Positions 27,221 through 39,459 of a DNA stretch of 64,000 nucleotides are shown here, piece after piece (within the stretch, counting starts at the first letter, position 1; every line of letters starts with the position of its first letter). The notes under the pieces are model-generated. The model worked only from the letters and a program-made list of their open reading frames with translations, had not been told where the DNA came from and ran no database searches. The stretch comes from Antedon mediterranea (taxonomy: Eukaryota; Animalia; Echinodermata): positions 35,151,648 to 35,215,647 of the forward strand of contig NC_092673.1 of assembly GCF_964355755.1 (NCBI RefSeq), read 5' to 3'. The translations under genes and the position numbers were made by a program.

Positions 27221-28750
27221 TTGATGTGCCAGGGACCTACGCCACATTATGTACAGTTGATTTCACAACTGCGTTTGATAGGATAAACCATAATGTTGCT
27301 ATTTCAAAGATGATAGAATCTGGTGTTAGACCGTCGATAATTCCAACGATTAGCAGTTTTCTGATGAATCGCACCCAGTGTGTGAAATTTAAGGGACATT
27401 GTTCTGGACTAAGAACTATAACGTGTGGGGTCCCCCAGGGTACCAAACTGGGACCCAGCATATTTACTGTTATGGTGAATGATGCGGGTAACACCACTGA
27501 TAATCGTTGGAAATTTGTGGATGATCTAACACTGGGAGAAATAATTAATATAAAAAATAATAGTACATCATCAGAACTTCAATCCCATTTAGATTCCTTG
27601 AGTTGTTGGTGTAAACAAAATGACATGCTACCCAAGCCTTCGAAGTGCCATGTTATTAATATAAATTTTATGAAATCCCAAATAAACTACCCCCAATTTA
27701 CTATAAGTGGTAAAAAAATTGATACTGTACATAGTATGAAATTATTAGGTCTTGAGCTACAAGACAATTTAGGTTGGGATATCCAAATCAAAAGTATTAT
27801 CTCTAGAGCAAGTAGAAGAATGTTTCTTCTTTATGCATTGAGAGGATATAGTGCACCTATTGGTGACATGTTAAGTATTTATCAACTCTATATTCGGCCG
27901 CTGACTGAGTATGCATGTGTTGTTTGGCACTCTAGCATTACAAAACATCAGACCAATGAAATTGAGAGGTTGCAAAAGCGAGCATGCAAAATTATACTTG
28001 GCCAGGACTATGAGAGCTATGATACGGCCCTTACTCAACTTAAAATTACCAGCCTTGCTGAACGTAGAGAAAAATTAACATTAAAATTTAGAGAAGGTAT
28101 CCTTAAGTCAGAGAGACATCGTAATATGCTGCCTGCTGAAAGACCTAATATATCTAGATTACGTAACCCCAATAGATTTACATTACCTAAAATAAAAACT
28201 AACCGATATAAAAATTCAACGATTCCCTATTATAAACAAATTAAATTCCTCCTGTGAAAAATTAAATTAAAAAAATATATAATAAATGATTGTGCAATAT
28301 TACCGCCTAAAATAATCAAATGAAGAGCACTGCAGACAACGTTTAATATTAATATATACTGTAAACTTTTATTTTCCGAAATTTAATATATTTTTGTAGA
28401 TTTTTAATAGTGAATAATTGTGCAATGTTGCCACCTATACTAAAAGATAATAATAATAATAATCAAATAAAGAACAGTGCAGATAGGTTTTACTTTAGTA
28501 TATTATAATGTAAATGTTTCGTTTTTTTAAAATAAAAGTGCAATTGTATTTTCCAAAATTGTGTATATATTTTAAGATTCTTAATATTTTAAATTTTAGT
28601 GAATAATTGTGAAATTTTGTAATTGTATATTCCGAATTTATTATTGTAGTTTTTATAGATTTCATTTCAATATTTTTTATTGTAATACAAACGTTATTAG
28701 CTATGTGCTATTGTTTTTGTAATTTTATATATACCGTAATAAATAAAAAA
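27221..28750 (+). mobile_element. LINE B, 5'-truncated, inserted antisense into the endonuclease region of LINE A
   Basis: DFTTAFD, GVPQGTKLGP, KFVDD. AT-rich 3' UTR ending AATAAATAAAAAA; 7-bp TSD ATCAATA (27214-27220 / 28751-28757). Confidence 0.92.
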
Positions 28751-29187
28751 ATCAATAATGCTACTTTGGTGTTAGATACACGAGTAAAAAAATCAACAAA
28801 TTGTATAGTATCAAGTGGAGCAATAATTTCTTTAAATTTCTTATAAACTAAGGGACTATCAACACCGTAATCATAATTAAAATCACCAGTTAAAATTATA
28901 CCACAGTACTTATGTAAAATAGATAGGATAAAATCAACGACATCGTGGAATTGATTGAGCCAATCGTCATTTGAACTCGGTGGCCTATAAACAGCACATA
29001 TTAAAACGTTAAAATTGTTATTTACAGTTATTTCAATAATTTTGACCTCAATGTTAGTAGGAAAGTCAACAATAGAGGATTTAAATGAGTTCTTCAAAGC
29101 TAACAGAACACCACCACTCTTGAACGGTCTTTTCTGTACACAACGAATGAGTCTGGAAACAGTTCCGTACTATCAATAGAGGAACAT

Positions 29188-30320
29188 TCGTTTGAACATC
29201 TTCATTATCATCGTTTAACATCTTCATTATCATCGTTTGAACATCTTCATTATCATCGTTTAAACATCTTCATTATCATCGTTTTAACATCTTCATTATC
29301 ATCGTTTTAACATCTTCATTATCATCGTTTAAACATCTTTATTATCATCGTTTAAACATCTTCATTATCATCGTTTGAACATCTTCATTATCATCGTTTT
29401 AACATCTTCATTATCATCGTTTTAACATCTTTATTATCATCGTTCTAATTTCTTCATTATCATCGTTTTAACATCTTCATTATCATCGTTTGAACATCTT
29501 CATTATCATCGTTTGAACATCTTCATTATCATTGTTTGAACATTTTTATTATCATCGTTCTAATTTCTTCATTATCATCGTTTTAACATCTTCATTATCA
29601 TCGTTTGAACATCTTCATTATCATCGTTTGAACATCTTCATTATCATCGTTTAAACATCTTTATTATCATCGTTTTAACATCTTCATTATCTTCGTTTGA
29701 ACATCTTCATTATCATCGTTTGAACATCTTCTTATCATCGTTTGAACATCTTCATTATCATCGTTTGAACATCTTCATTATCATCGTTTAAACATCTTCA
29801 TTATCATCGTTTAAACATCTTTATTATCATCGTTTAAACATCTTTATTATCATCGTTTTAACATATTCATTATCATCGTTTTAACATCTTCATCATCATC
29901 GTTTTACCTTACCATCTTCTTCTTCATCGTTTTATAATCTTCATCATCATCGTTTTACCATCTTCTTCTTCATTGGTTTATCATCTTTTTCATCATCGTT
30001 TTTACCATCTTCTTTATCATCGTTTTACCACCTTCTTCATCGTTTTACCATCTTCATCTTTTATCATTTCACCATCTTCATCATCGTTTTACCACCTTCT
30101 TTATCATCGTTTTACCATCTTCATCTTTTATCATTTCACCATCTTCATCTTTTATCATTTCACCATCTTCATCTTTTATCATTTCACCATCTTCATCTTT
30201 TATCATTTCACCATCTTCATCATCGTTTTACCATCTTCATCTTTTAGCATTTTACCATGATCTTCTTTATCATCGTTTTATCCATGCATCGTCGTTTACC
30301 GTCATTATTCATCGTTCATC
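29188..30320. repeat. 23-bp minisatellite (~30 copies) grading into a degenerate CATCTT/CATCGTTTTAC-type array
   Basis: AACATCTTCATTATCATCGTTT(G/T/A) units are directly visible. Confidence 0.93.
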
Positions 30321-30504
30321 TTCTTTATCATTGACGGTCTTTTAACAACGTGTTATGTGTAGGTTCATGTAGTTTTCTGGAACAATATAATTCAAATACG
30401 AAATTACAAATTTTCCAGAAAAAAAAATCTTCTATCGTCCGATTTTGATGAAATAATTCGTAACTTTTTATAGAGGGCCGCGGCAAGAGCATTTGAATGA
30501 ATTA

Positions 30505-32050
30505 CCGTAAATCTTCTAATTGTAACCCTGGGTTATTATTCTTTGATTGTTTTATATGGTGGGTTACTATAAGGGTGTTCTAATAGAGTATAGTGGGTTT
30601 ACTATTACTAATCTTAAATTAGGCACATATGAATCTCTTGGTGCAAATTTTGCAACCAAACAGTGATTTTTAATATGTACCTATTGAGCTGTTTATCTAC
30701 TTATAAGTTCATACCAAGTTCATGCAACCCAAGTCTTGTCATCGTCCATTATATTGGGGGGTCAACCAATATGAATACAACTAATTTCCACAATGATTGA
30801 TTATATTTTTTAACCAAAGAAATTAAAATGACATAAACTAGTATAGTATGAACATTTCCAGACTTTGTAATAATTACCATCTATTCATTAAACAAACCAA
30901 GTCACAGAAAGATAAACATAACCATTACCCGAATGAAAATGGTAGATCCCAGCTCGCTATCATTAAAACATAGGTGTCTTAATTTGGCAATTGTGAATAT
31001 AAAACACGACATATTGAACTAAATAACACCTAACAATTGTTCCTTATATATCAAACATTAGAATGATATAACAATTAAAATGCTACTTACAATTATATAA
31101 TGAAAAAATTAACCCCAAACTTAGCTACAATCCAACGGTCTGTCAAGTGAAGACTTCATAACACAGGCAAACCCTATTTGAATTTTGCCGCCTTTTTTTA
31201 GCATTTTTTAGATTTTTTCAAAATAGATTTTGCTATTTTGACACAGTCTATTTTAAGCCAATGCTCATAAGATAAGTATGTAAGGAATCTATGAATATTC
31301 AGCTTTCTTTTAAGAAACTATCCAAAATGATTGATGGCCTACAAGTGATTTTAAATTGCAAATAAAACACTGTGGTGCTTTAGAAAATAGGTAAAAAATT
31401 GACCTCACACTGTCAGCGGGCAATGGATGGTGAGTTTTAAAACGTAAAATGACACATACTTTTTGTAACTTTACAATTTCAAACATATATCATAATGTTC
31501 AGTATTGTCTACAGTTTATTTTGAGCTACTATCCAAAAAAATCCGATTTATAATAGCCGAGATATTTAGGTGGGAACATGAAAATCAAGTGTTTTGTAGA
31601 ATATCACGATGCGAAATCAGTGGTATCCATGTCCCAGTGGAGTGTGTTGGGGCAATTTAGCTATTTCGTTGCTCAAGAGATTCATATGCTGAAAATAGTA
31701 ACCCACCCCCAACTTTTCCGGTCAGCAACTCATAGCAAAATAATAAAACAGTACGAATAAACAAATTTGGTTGAACTCTAACTTTATAATTTATCAAACA
31801 CACAATCCTCCCCCACTCCCGAGATCAACATGCAAAGTTATCTCCTTATTTTCAAAATACGGCTGCATCATAAACGACCAATCATTTTGTCAATAGTTTT
31901 GTGACTCTAATAGTAACCCCCATGGGTTACTATTAGAGTAGTGAGCTATTATTATAGATTGACTTATAAGGTGTAATAATAATAGATTAGTGGGTTACTA
32001 TTAGAAAAGGAGAGGGATTTACTATTAGAGTGTGGGTAGAAGATTTACGG
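30505..32050. mobile_element. Non-autonomous Tc1/mariner-pogo-type DNA transposon
   Basis: 14-bp perfect TIRs CCGTAAATCTTCTA / TAGAAGATTTACGG, TA flanks, subterminal GGGTTACTATTAG repeats, no transposase ORF. Confidence 0.8.
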
Positions 32051-32053
32051 TAA

Positions 32054-32111
32054 TACCATGGAGGTATAAAAAAGAAGGAGATTCAACCATCTTTTTTATA
32101 CCTCCATGGTA
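32054..32111. repeat. Near-perfect palindrome (22-bp arms), mini-MITE-like, just upstream of the FAM124-like gene
   Basis: TACCATGGAGGTATAAAAAAGA...TCTTTTTTATACCTCCATGGTA, with TAATA on both sides. Confidence 0.85.
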
Positions 32112-32272
32112 ATACTGATATGTTTGGTTAGCGCGCTGCTGCCGGTTGGTGGCGCTTTATACTGTCTTTACTTCCGGTTTTGGTGTTATAAGTTCTTTGG
32201 TTTTGGCAAAGAATATAATATCATTCTTTGGTTTTGGTCAGGAGGGAGAGGGAGAGAGCGTTTCCAATAAAA

Positions 32273-35200
32273 ATGGCTTCTTTGCTTGTTGATGATTGTG
32301 ATGGTTATTTTCTGACCGAAGATGAGCCAGATATTTCACGAGCTACTATTTTATTAAAGCGTAATGTAGACATTCCCAAAAAGTATTTTTTAAATCGTAT
32401 ATTTTCACCGGTAGCAGTTGATAATAGCGGCTACCAGAAGCTTAGTGAACGCCCTGCTAAATATAGGCTGGTAAGTTCATCGTTCGTCGTGATGATGTAA
32501 ATTTCTTTATAGGCTATCCAGGCAACAATGCCCGGTACACAATCAGGTAGTTGTGATGGCTTAGTGCTGGGCACCCATTTTCGTTTGACTGTATTTCAAT
32601 TTCCAATTTAGCAAAGCAGTAATTTATTATTTTAGGCTAGGCACTGTAATGGGCAAAGTTTTAAGAAAGTACTGTAGGCCTACTTTGTTCATGGTTGAAT
32701 GAAAGAAAATCACACAACATATTAACAAATAAATCCTTGTTTTACACCATTCTTACACCGTTTGAAATCCCTTGATGTGCAGAAGTTTTTGCTTGACATT
32801 GGCCGGTATATCAGCACATTTTTTTCCCTGCAAAATTATATTGGGATCCATTATTATATTATACTGTATATTCACAAAATTTTCTTACCTCACCCGCAAG
32901 CATGGTGGGGCTCTAATATTTGCATCAAACGTTGGTTACTGGTACAGCTGGGTGGCTGGGCCGCAGCTTGGTCCTGAGAACCATATTTTTAGTCGCGAAA
33001 TAATTATTATAATATAAAATACAATATTTTTTACAAATTTAACATTTTCTTCCAACAGCTACATAAGAACTGGGGGAAGCATGTATCTCCTATCAGTGAA
33101 GGAATCGGAGCACTTGCATTTTTAACTGTTGAGCAACTTCCTCTTGATGAGAACTTGGCAACATCAGTGTCGCGCTACATAGAAGACCAGTTAAAGAACA
33201 AAAGATGCAAACTAATGAGGTAACAGTGAGAGCTATGTACAATTGTTGACTCTTGTTCATCTGTACACAATAACATTTCCCCAGTCAAGACTTTATTAAG
33301 GGTCACACCTGTTCCGAGACGTGTCCGGCGCTGGCAAATCAAATTGAAAGTCAATGTTTTGTTTTCACGTGGCTATGCGTATTTCGATTGGCACGTGCAG
33401 TAGCCGCATGGAGCATCATGAAAATGAAACATTGACTACGATCAGGCGTGAAAGACCCTTTATTGTGGAATTTTATGATCTGGTATTTTGTTTATTCTTT
33501 TAAATCTAAATTCAACACTGTGTACAATATTATTGAAGTTTTTATCTGTACGGTTACATTACATTACATTTGCATATTTAATATTCATTGCATTTCAACA
33601 TTTGCATATTAATTATTAAGAATAAAATTTTATCATTTTGATAATAATTAATAGCATTCAACTTAATTTAAACATTAATTACAGTATTTATTGCATTTAA
33701 TATTTGCATATACCATTTCAACATTTGGATTGAATTAATTAACATGTTATTGTTTTCAATGTAGCTGTACAATAATTATTTATACTGTAGCATTTAACAT
33801 TGGCATATATAGTTTATATTACAGTATTTCAACATTTTTGCATATTACATACATTTACACACATACGCAATGGCCTTAAGCAGTTTCACATTTTTATATT
33901 ATTTATTAGAATGAAAATATTTGCATATTCATTATCCATAGCCTTTGTATATTTGCATATTCATTATCCATAGCCTTTGTATATTTGCATATTCATTATC
34001 CATAGCCTTTGTATATTTGCTATTAATTATCCATAGCCTTTGTATATTTGCATATTCATTATCCATAGCCTTTGTATATTTGCATATTCATTATCCATAG
34101 CCTTTGTATATTTGCATATTCATTATCCATAGCCTTTGTATATTTGCTATTAATTATCCTTAACATTTATCTATCTTTTAGATGGAATATTCACCACATC
34201 TTACTATATTTTCCGCAGTCTGAGGATTATGATTTGCTAGGTAACTTGTTTATGGAAGGCAAGTTGGATAACTGTCATGGATTTAGGATTGTAAAAATTG
34301 AACGTAAGATAAATTTTAGGATATTGTATCATTGATTTCACAAACATGATCATTTCAATCAATCACTCAGGGCGTGTGGCGCAGTGTGTTGGACGTTCGA
34401 CTACTGATTGTGAGATCGAGGTTCGAATCCAACTCTCGCCGCATTACTTGTATCCTTAGGCAAGATACTTTACTTACGTTTGCCTCTCTCCACCCAGGTG
34501 TATAAATGGGTACCCGGTTAGATCAAGACACAACTTTGCGCTGATTACTAGCTGAATTATGGGAGTATGTTTCCATACATGTTTGATCCAAAAAAATGAC
34601 CGGGGTTACGGTAATAATGTTCAGCGCATTGAGACCTTGCTTATGCGCTATATAATAATTAACTATTATTATTATCTTCCAAGTCTCCAATTAATACTGT
34701 ATTCCAGGAGTTTCCAAATATTTAAAATGATCTCCCACTGAAGTTGCTCTCCTGATAGATAGGTCATACTAATCTACGCCTGGAAACGCCTGATGGTGTC
34801 TAATGATATAACATGTTACATGCTAGCAATATATTTGATGTTATTATATTTATTTGTACTGATTACTGTAGGTTTATTCCAAAACTGAAGAATGCCCCTA
34901 GTCCACAACACCAAAGGAATCAATTTGTCCAGTTTATTCACAAACTGTTATTTTGTTCATATCAAAAACAGGACCTTAAGTCGAAAATATTTTGTTGATG
35001 CATGCATAGGCTAAAGTAAACTTGCAGATAACTGAAATAATACACCAAACGCCTATAATCAATCAATATTAATAAGATTAATAGAATCTGCAACTTTCTA
35101 GTTTATACTGTGAGAGAAATACAAACAAATGTACCTAACCAACATATTTTTATTGATTCGTTTTCAGCTGCTATTTTAACCAACCCACCAAAATGTTTTA

Positions 35201-35889
35201 TCGAAGTGCAAGCAGATGCTGAAGAGGGCAGCAAAGTTCAGCAAGAAATTACATCCATCGTTACCAACTTCTCCGGTGCCTTCACTCACCTTTCGATTTG
35301 TGAGACCGAATCTCCTAAAACAGTAAACCAACAAAATTCATGTCCACCGGTTGCAGTTAGTATGCTTTTTACTGGTCAGACACAGTCTTTAGCTCTTAAA
35401 ACCATAGAGGCATTATCAGCAAGACCTTGGGACCAGTTTCTTCTGACCGATGAAGTGCGTAACGCAGTAGAATATGATACCAAGTATTTTATTAACACAG
35501 CAAGAGATTTTCCTATATTTGGTGTTAAAACTGCAATGCCAATTTCTGGAGTACGAATATCACTCTTTGTGAAAGACGTCAAAAAGTTTACAAAGATGGA
35601 AGATTTCTATTCGAAAGTAACGATGGTTAAGCCATACAAACGAGAACTTAACCACGAGGAAATACGCTACTCCACGTACACGCTTTCTGAACGATCTGAG
35701 TTTACGCTAGCCGCTTACCCCGGAGTTAGCCCAGTTTCAAACCCAAACTTGGTACTTTATTTTCATGTACGTAACGTGAGCAGTTGCATTCCTGAGGCCC
35801 AGAAACTTTCCGAGGACCACTGGCAAATGATAGACCCTGAAGGCAACAAGCTTATACTCTTCACACCGTTGTTGTCTGATGTATGCTAA
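32273..35889 (+). CDS. FAM124-family protein with an additional ~160-aa N-terminal domain (400 aa, 4 exons)
   Basis: Exons 32273-32470, 33059-33219, 34182-34303, 35168-35889; phases 0/2/1, 1203 nt. The last exon has FAM124-like motifs recalled from the family: AVSMLF, RPW, PIFGVK, VRISLFV, VLYFHV, HWQMIDPEGNKLIL. Confidence 0.8.
33297..33462. mobile_element. Degenerate MITE
   Basis: TAAGGGTC-ACACCTG ... CAGGCGTGAAAGACCCTTTA imperfect TIRs and inner inverted TCAATGTTT/AAACATTGA. Confidence 0.5.
33918..34150. repeat. 32-bp minisatellite, ~7 copies, directly upstream of the exon 3 acceptor
   Basis: ATATTTGCATATTCATTATCCATAGCCTTTGT repeats. Confidence 0.92.
34370..34676 (+). mobile_element. tRNA-derived SINE with a CORE-like central domain and LINE-type 3' tail
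   Basis: A box TGGCGCAGTGTG, B box GGTTCGAATCC, central TCCTTAGGCAAGATACTT...CCACCCAGGTGTATAAATGGGTACC, tail GCGCATTGAG...ATGCGCTATATAA(TAT)n. Confidence 0.88.
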
Positions 35890-37186
35890 ACACTAGTTTG
35901 ACTACTTTTCACACCATTGTTGTCTGATGTATGCTAAACACTAGTTTGACTAATACATTGGTTCTTTCTATTTATGTTTGTTCTTACAATGTGTTCATCG
36001 GGTATTAGGGAGGTTTCACAATCTATAAATACAACAACAAAAAACTATTTTGTCGCTGAGCTGATCCCTATCTCTATACATTTAAGCTGATCACCTTACT
36101 AAAGGCCTACAGTAGGCTGGGAGGGTGCACATGGGACCCACCAGCTGAGGTACAAGTCTTCTGCCTCTACCAAGCCAAACAATAGCAACCCTTCTGCTTT
36201 TAACAGTTACAAAAAACAACCAAGAACTGGAAACATTCCTGTCAAACACTTCATTTAACTCTACGTCCAGTTCCGTAACGCTTGCTTGTGATATTTTGAT
36301 TCTCTAATACTTTGCGTCCACCTCCTAAAATGTGCTGAGCCAACCCAGCCTATGCCGTTGAAAAATGTTTATTGTCTTTTGCACAATGTACCGTCCGTAT
36401 ATTTTTTACTATTTAATCTCATTTTTACTATACTTTTATTTATACTTAACTGTAATTGGTTTAGGTAATCTTTAACTTGTTTTAATGAATTCTATATTTT
36501 ACATTAGAACAGCCTTGTTTTTAATGTTGTACTTACAATTCAGTAAATACTTCTCCTTGAAAACTATTATTTATTTTTGTAATAATGTTGACAAAATTGC
36601 TTTTTAAAATTATTATTTCATATTATATTTTACAGTTTACAAAATGTGTATATTACATTACAGTATTCTAATAAAATACACATTTTCCACAACTGCAAAA
36701 ACAGTTAAACAAGACATTTTAAAAATTGAATTCCACATTTAAATCAAACTTTAAATTAGAGGCGCCTGTAATTCTAGTCGCCTCTTGTATATTAAATTTT
36801 GAATAATGCAAAAGTGAATGAAATATTTTATATAATAATAAATACATATTTGTGTAAAGTTAATTAATAGCTTAAAAAAACAAATTCCTAAATCAAAAGA
36901 AAAAGACATCGATAGTCAATTCATTCAATACCGTGCCCTACTATACTTTCAACTTACCTCTCTCAAGGTTTGTGTCACATTAATACTCCATGAATTATAC
37001 TTGCCAAAAAATGATTTTTGATTGGAGAAAAGTATGTATGGACTACCAGACTTGTTGCCAGGGAAATTCCAAATTTCACAGCTCAATTTCCGAAGTGAAA
37101 GTCAACATATTGAGAAAAGTATTTCAATTTTGTGTGAAATATTGTAAACTTTTAGTTGTCCACTAAAAGGATATTAAAATTTTGTG

Positions 37187-39044
37187 ACCAAGTAATTGAT
37201 TGTAACAAAGGCGGATCTGGGGGTAGGAGGAAAGAGACTTGTGTTCTAGGCTATGTTGGTATTGCTAGGTGTGCACACCAAGTAATTGATTGTAACAAGG
37301 GCGGATCTGGGGTAGGAGGAAAGAGACTTGTGTTCTAGGCTATGTTGGTATTGCTAGGTGTGCACACCAAGTAATTGATTGTAACAAGGGCGGATCTGGG
37401 GTAGGAGGAAAGAGACTTGTGTTCTAGGCTATGTTGGTATTGCTAGGTGTGCACACCAAGTAATTGATTGTAACAAGGGCGGATCTGGGGTAGGAGGAAA
37501 GAGACTTGTGTTCTAGGCTATGTTGGTATTGCTAGGTGTGCACACCAAGTAATTGATTGTAACAATGGCGGATCTGGGGTAGGAGGAAAGAGACTTGTGT
37601 TCTAGGCTATGTTGGTATTGCTAGGTGTGCACACCAAGTAATTGATTGTAACAAGGGCGGATCTGGGGTAGGAGGAAAGAGACTTGTGTTCTAGGCTATG
37701 TTGGTATTGCTAGGTGTGCACACCAAGTAATTGATTGTAACAAGGGCGGATCTGGGGTAGGAGGAAAGAGACTTGTGTTCTAGGCTATGTTGGTATTGCT
37801 AGGTGTGCACACCAAGTAATTGATTGTAACAAGGGCGGATCTGGGGTAGGAGGAAAGAGACTTGTGTTCTAGGCTATGTTGGTATTGCTAGGTGTGCACA
37901 CCAAGTAATTGATTGTAACAAGGGCGGATCTGGGGTAGGAGGAAAGAGACTTGTGTTCTAGGCTATGTTGGTATTGCTAGGTGTGCACACCAAGTAATTG
38001 ATTGTAACAAGGGCGGATCTGGGGTAGGAGGAAAGAGACTTGTGTTCTAGGCTATGTTGGTATTGCTAGGTGTGCACACCAAGTAATTGATTGTAACAAG
38101 GGCGGATCTGGGGTAGGAGGAAAGAGACTTGTGTTCTAGGCTATGTTGGTATTGCTAGGTGTGCACACCAAGTAATTGATTGTAACAATGGCGGATCTGG
38201 GGTAGGAGGAAAGAGACTTGTGTTCTAGGCTATGTTGGTATTGCTAGGTGTGCACACCAAGTAATTGATTGTAACAAGGGCGGATCTGGGGTAGGAGGAA
38301 AGAGACTTGTGTTCTAGGCTATGTTGGTATTGCTAGGTGTGCACACCAAGTAATTGATTGTAACAAGGGCGGATCTGGGGTAGGAGGAAAGAGACTTGTG
38401 TTCTAGGCTATGTTGGTATTGCTAGGTGTGCACACCAAGTAATTGATTGTAACAATGGCGGATCTGGGGTAGGAGGAAAGAGACTTGTGTTCTAGGCTAT
38501 GTTGGTATTGCTAGGTGTGCACACCAAGTAATTGATTGTAACAATGGCGGACCTGGGGGTAGGAGGAAAGAGACTTGTGTTCTAGGCTATCTTGGTATTG
38601 CTAGGTGTGCACCAAGTAATTGATTGTAACAAGGGCGGATCTGGGGGTAGGAGGAACGAGACTTGTGTTCTAGGCTATGTTGGTATTGCTAGGTGTGCAC
38701 ACCAAGTAATTGATTGTAACAAGGGCGGATCTGGGGGTAGGAGGAAAGAGACTTGTGTTCTAGGCTATGTTGGTATTGCTAGGTGTGCACCAAGTAATTG
38801 ATTGTAACGAGGGCGGATCTGGGGTAGGAGGAAAGAGACTTGTGTTCTAGGCTATGTTGGTATTGCTAGGTGTGCACCAAGTAATTGATTGTAACAAGGG
38901 CGGATCTGGGGGTAGGAGGAACGAGACTTGTGTTCTAGGCTATGTTGGTATTGCTAGGTGTGCACACCAAGTAATTGATTGTAACAAGGGCGGATCTGGG
39001 GGTAGGAGGAACGAGACTTGTGTTCTAGGCTATGTTGGTATTGC
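37187..39044. repeat. 89-bp minisatellite, ~21 near-identical copies
   Basis: Period 89 (37277 to 37366); 87-90-bp variants at the ends. Confidence 0.96.
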
Positions 39045-39069
39045 ATTTCTTTCTTCCAGTTACAATGAA

Positions 39070-39200
39070 AGTACACTATCAAACTTGTGACAAACAAAAT
39101 GTGATGTGCGCTTATACACTGTCATGGACGCCATGTCACTAGCATATTTGGGAACATAACATTTTTTTCAAACAAGTTTGATAGTGTAGACTGGGCCTTA
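39070..39200. mobile_element. MITE family copy (left TIR truncated)
   Basis: TACACTATCAAACTTG...CAAGTTTGATAGTGTAGAC. Confidence 0.75.
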
Positions 39201-39459
39201 TACATTATAGAAAAAATGCAGAATGCAGGGTGTTATTCTCGTTACCTCTCCTTCGTCTATTGCTAGAGCACCTCCTGTTGTACATCCTGGGTCCGGTTCT
39301 TTGTAAACTGTATTTTTAGAAGTAACTACTGATTAAAATATTTTCTTGTATAACCAATGTTGTAGAAATTTATCTTTTTAAAGGAAATTAAAAGCATTAA
39401 TTTTATATAAATACATTTTAATTTATTCTTATTTTATAACTTTTTTGCCCCACACAAAA

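Larger units (their letters stand above)
16658..29187 (-). mobile_element. LINE A (CR1/L2 group, APE endonuclease + RT), split into three pieces (28758-29187, 26204-27220, 16658-18123) by two later insertions
   Basis: EN motifs VYRPP, TGDFN, SDH; RT motifs PGPDGI, NYRPIS, QHGF, DWEKAFD, GVPQGSVLGP, YADD. Pieces are colinear across the TSDs, with small frameshifts. A-rich (AATAA)n tail at ~16658-16706. Confidence 0.92.

Noticed and set aside
31110-31790. Possible nested element inside the pogo-type transposon
   Set aside because: Candidate termini are only weakly complementary and no TSD could be established by eye.
34370-34445. tRNA gene
   Set aside because: No clean cloverleaf, and it continues into a SINE body and tail.
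37187-39044. CRISPR-like regular array (also 46877-48670 and 50068-51035)
   Set aside because: Units are repeated in full with no unique spacers, there are no cas genes, and the context is eukaryotic.
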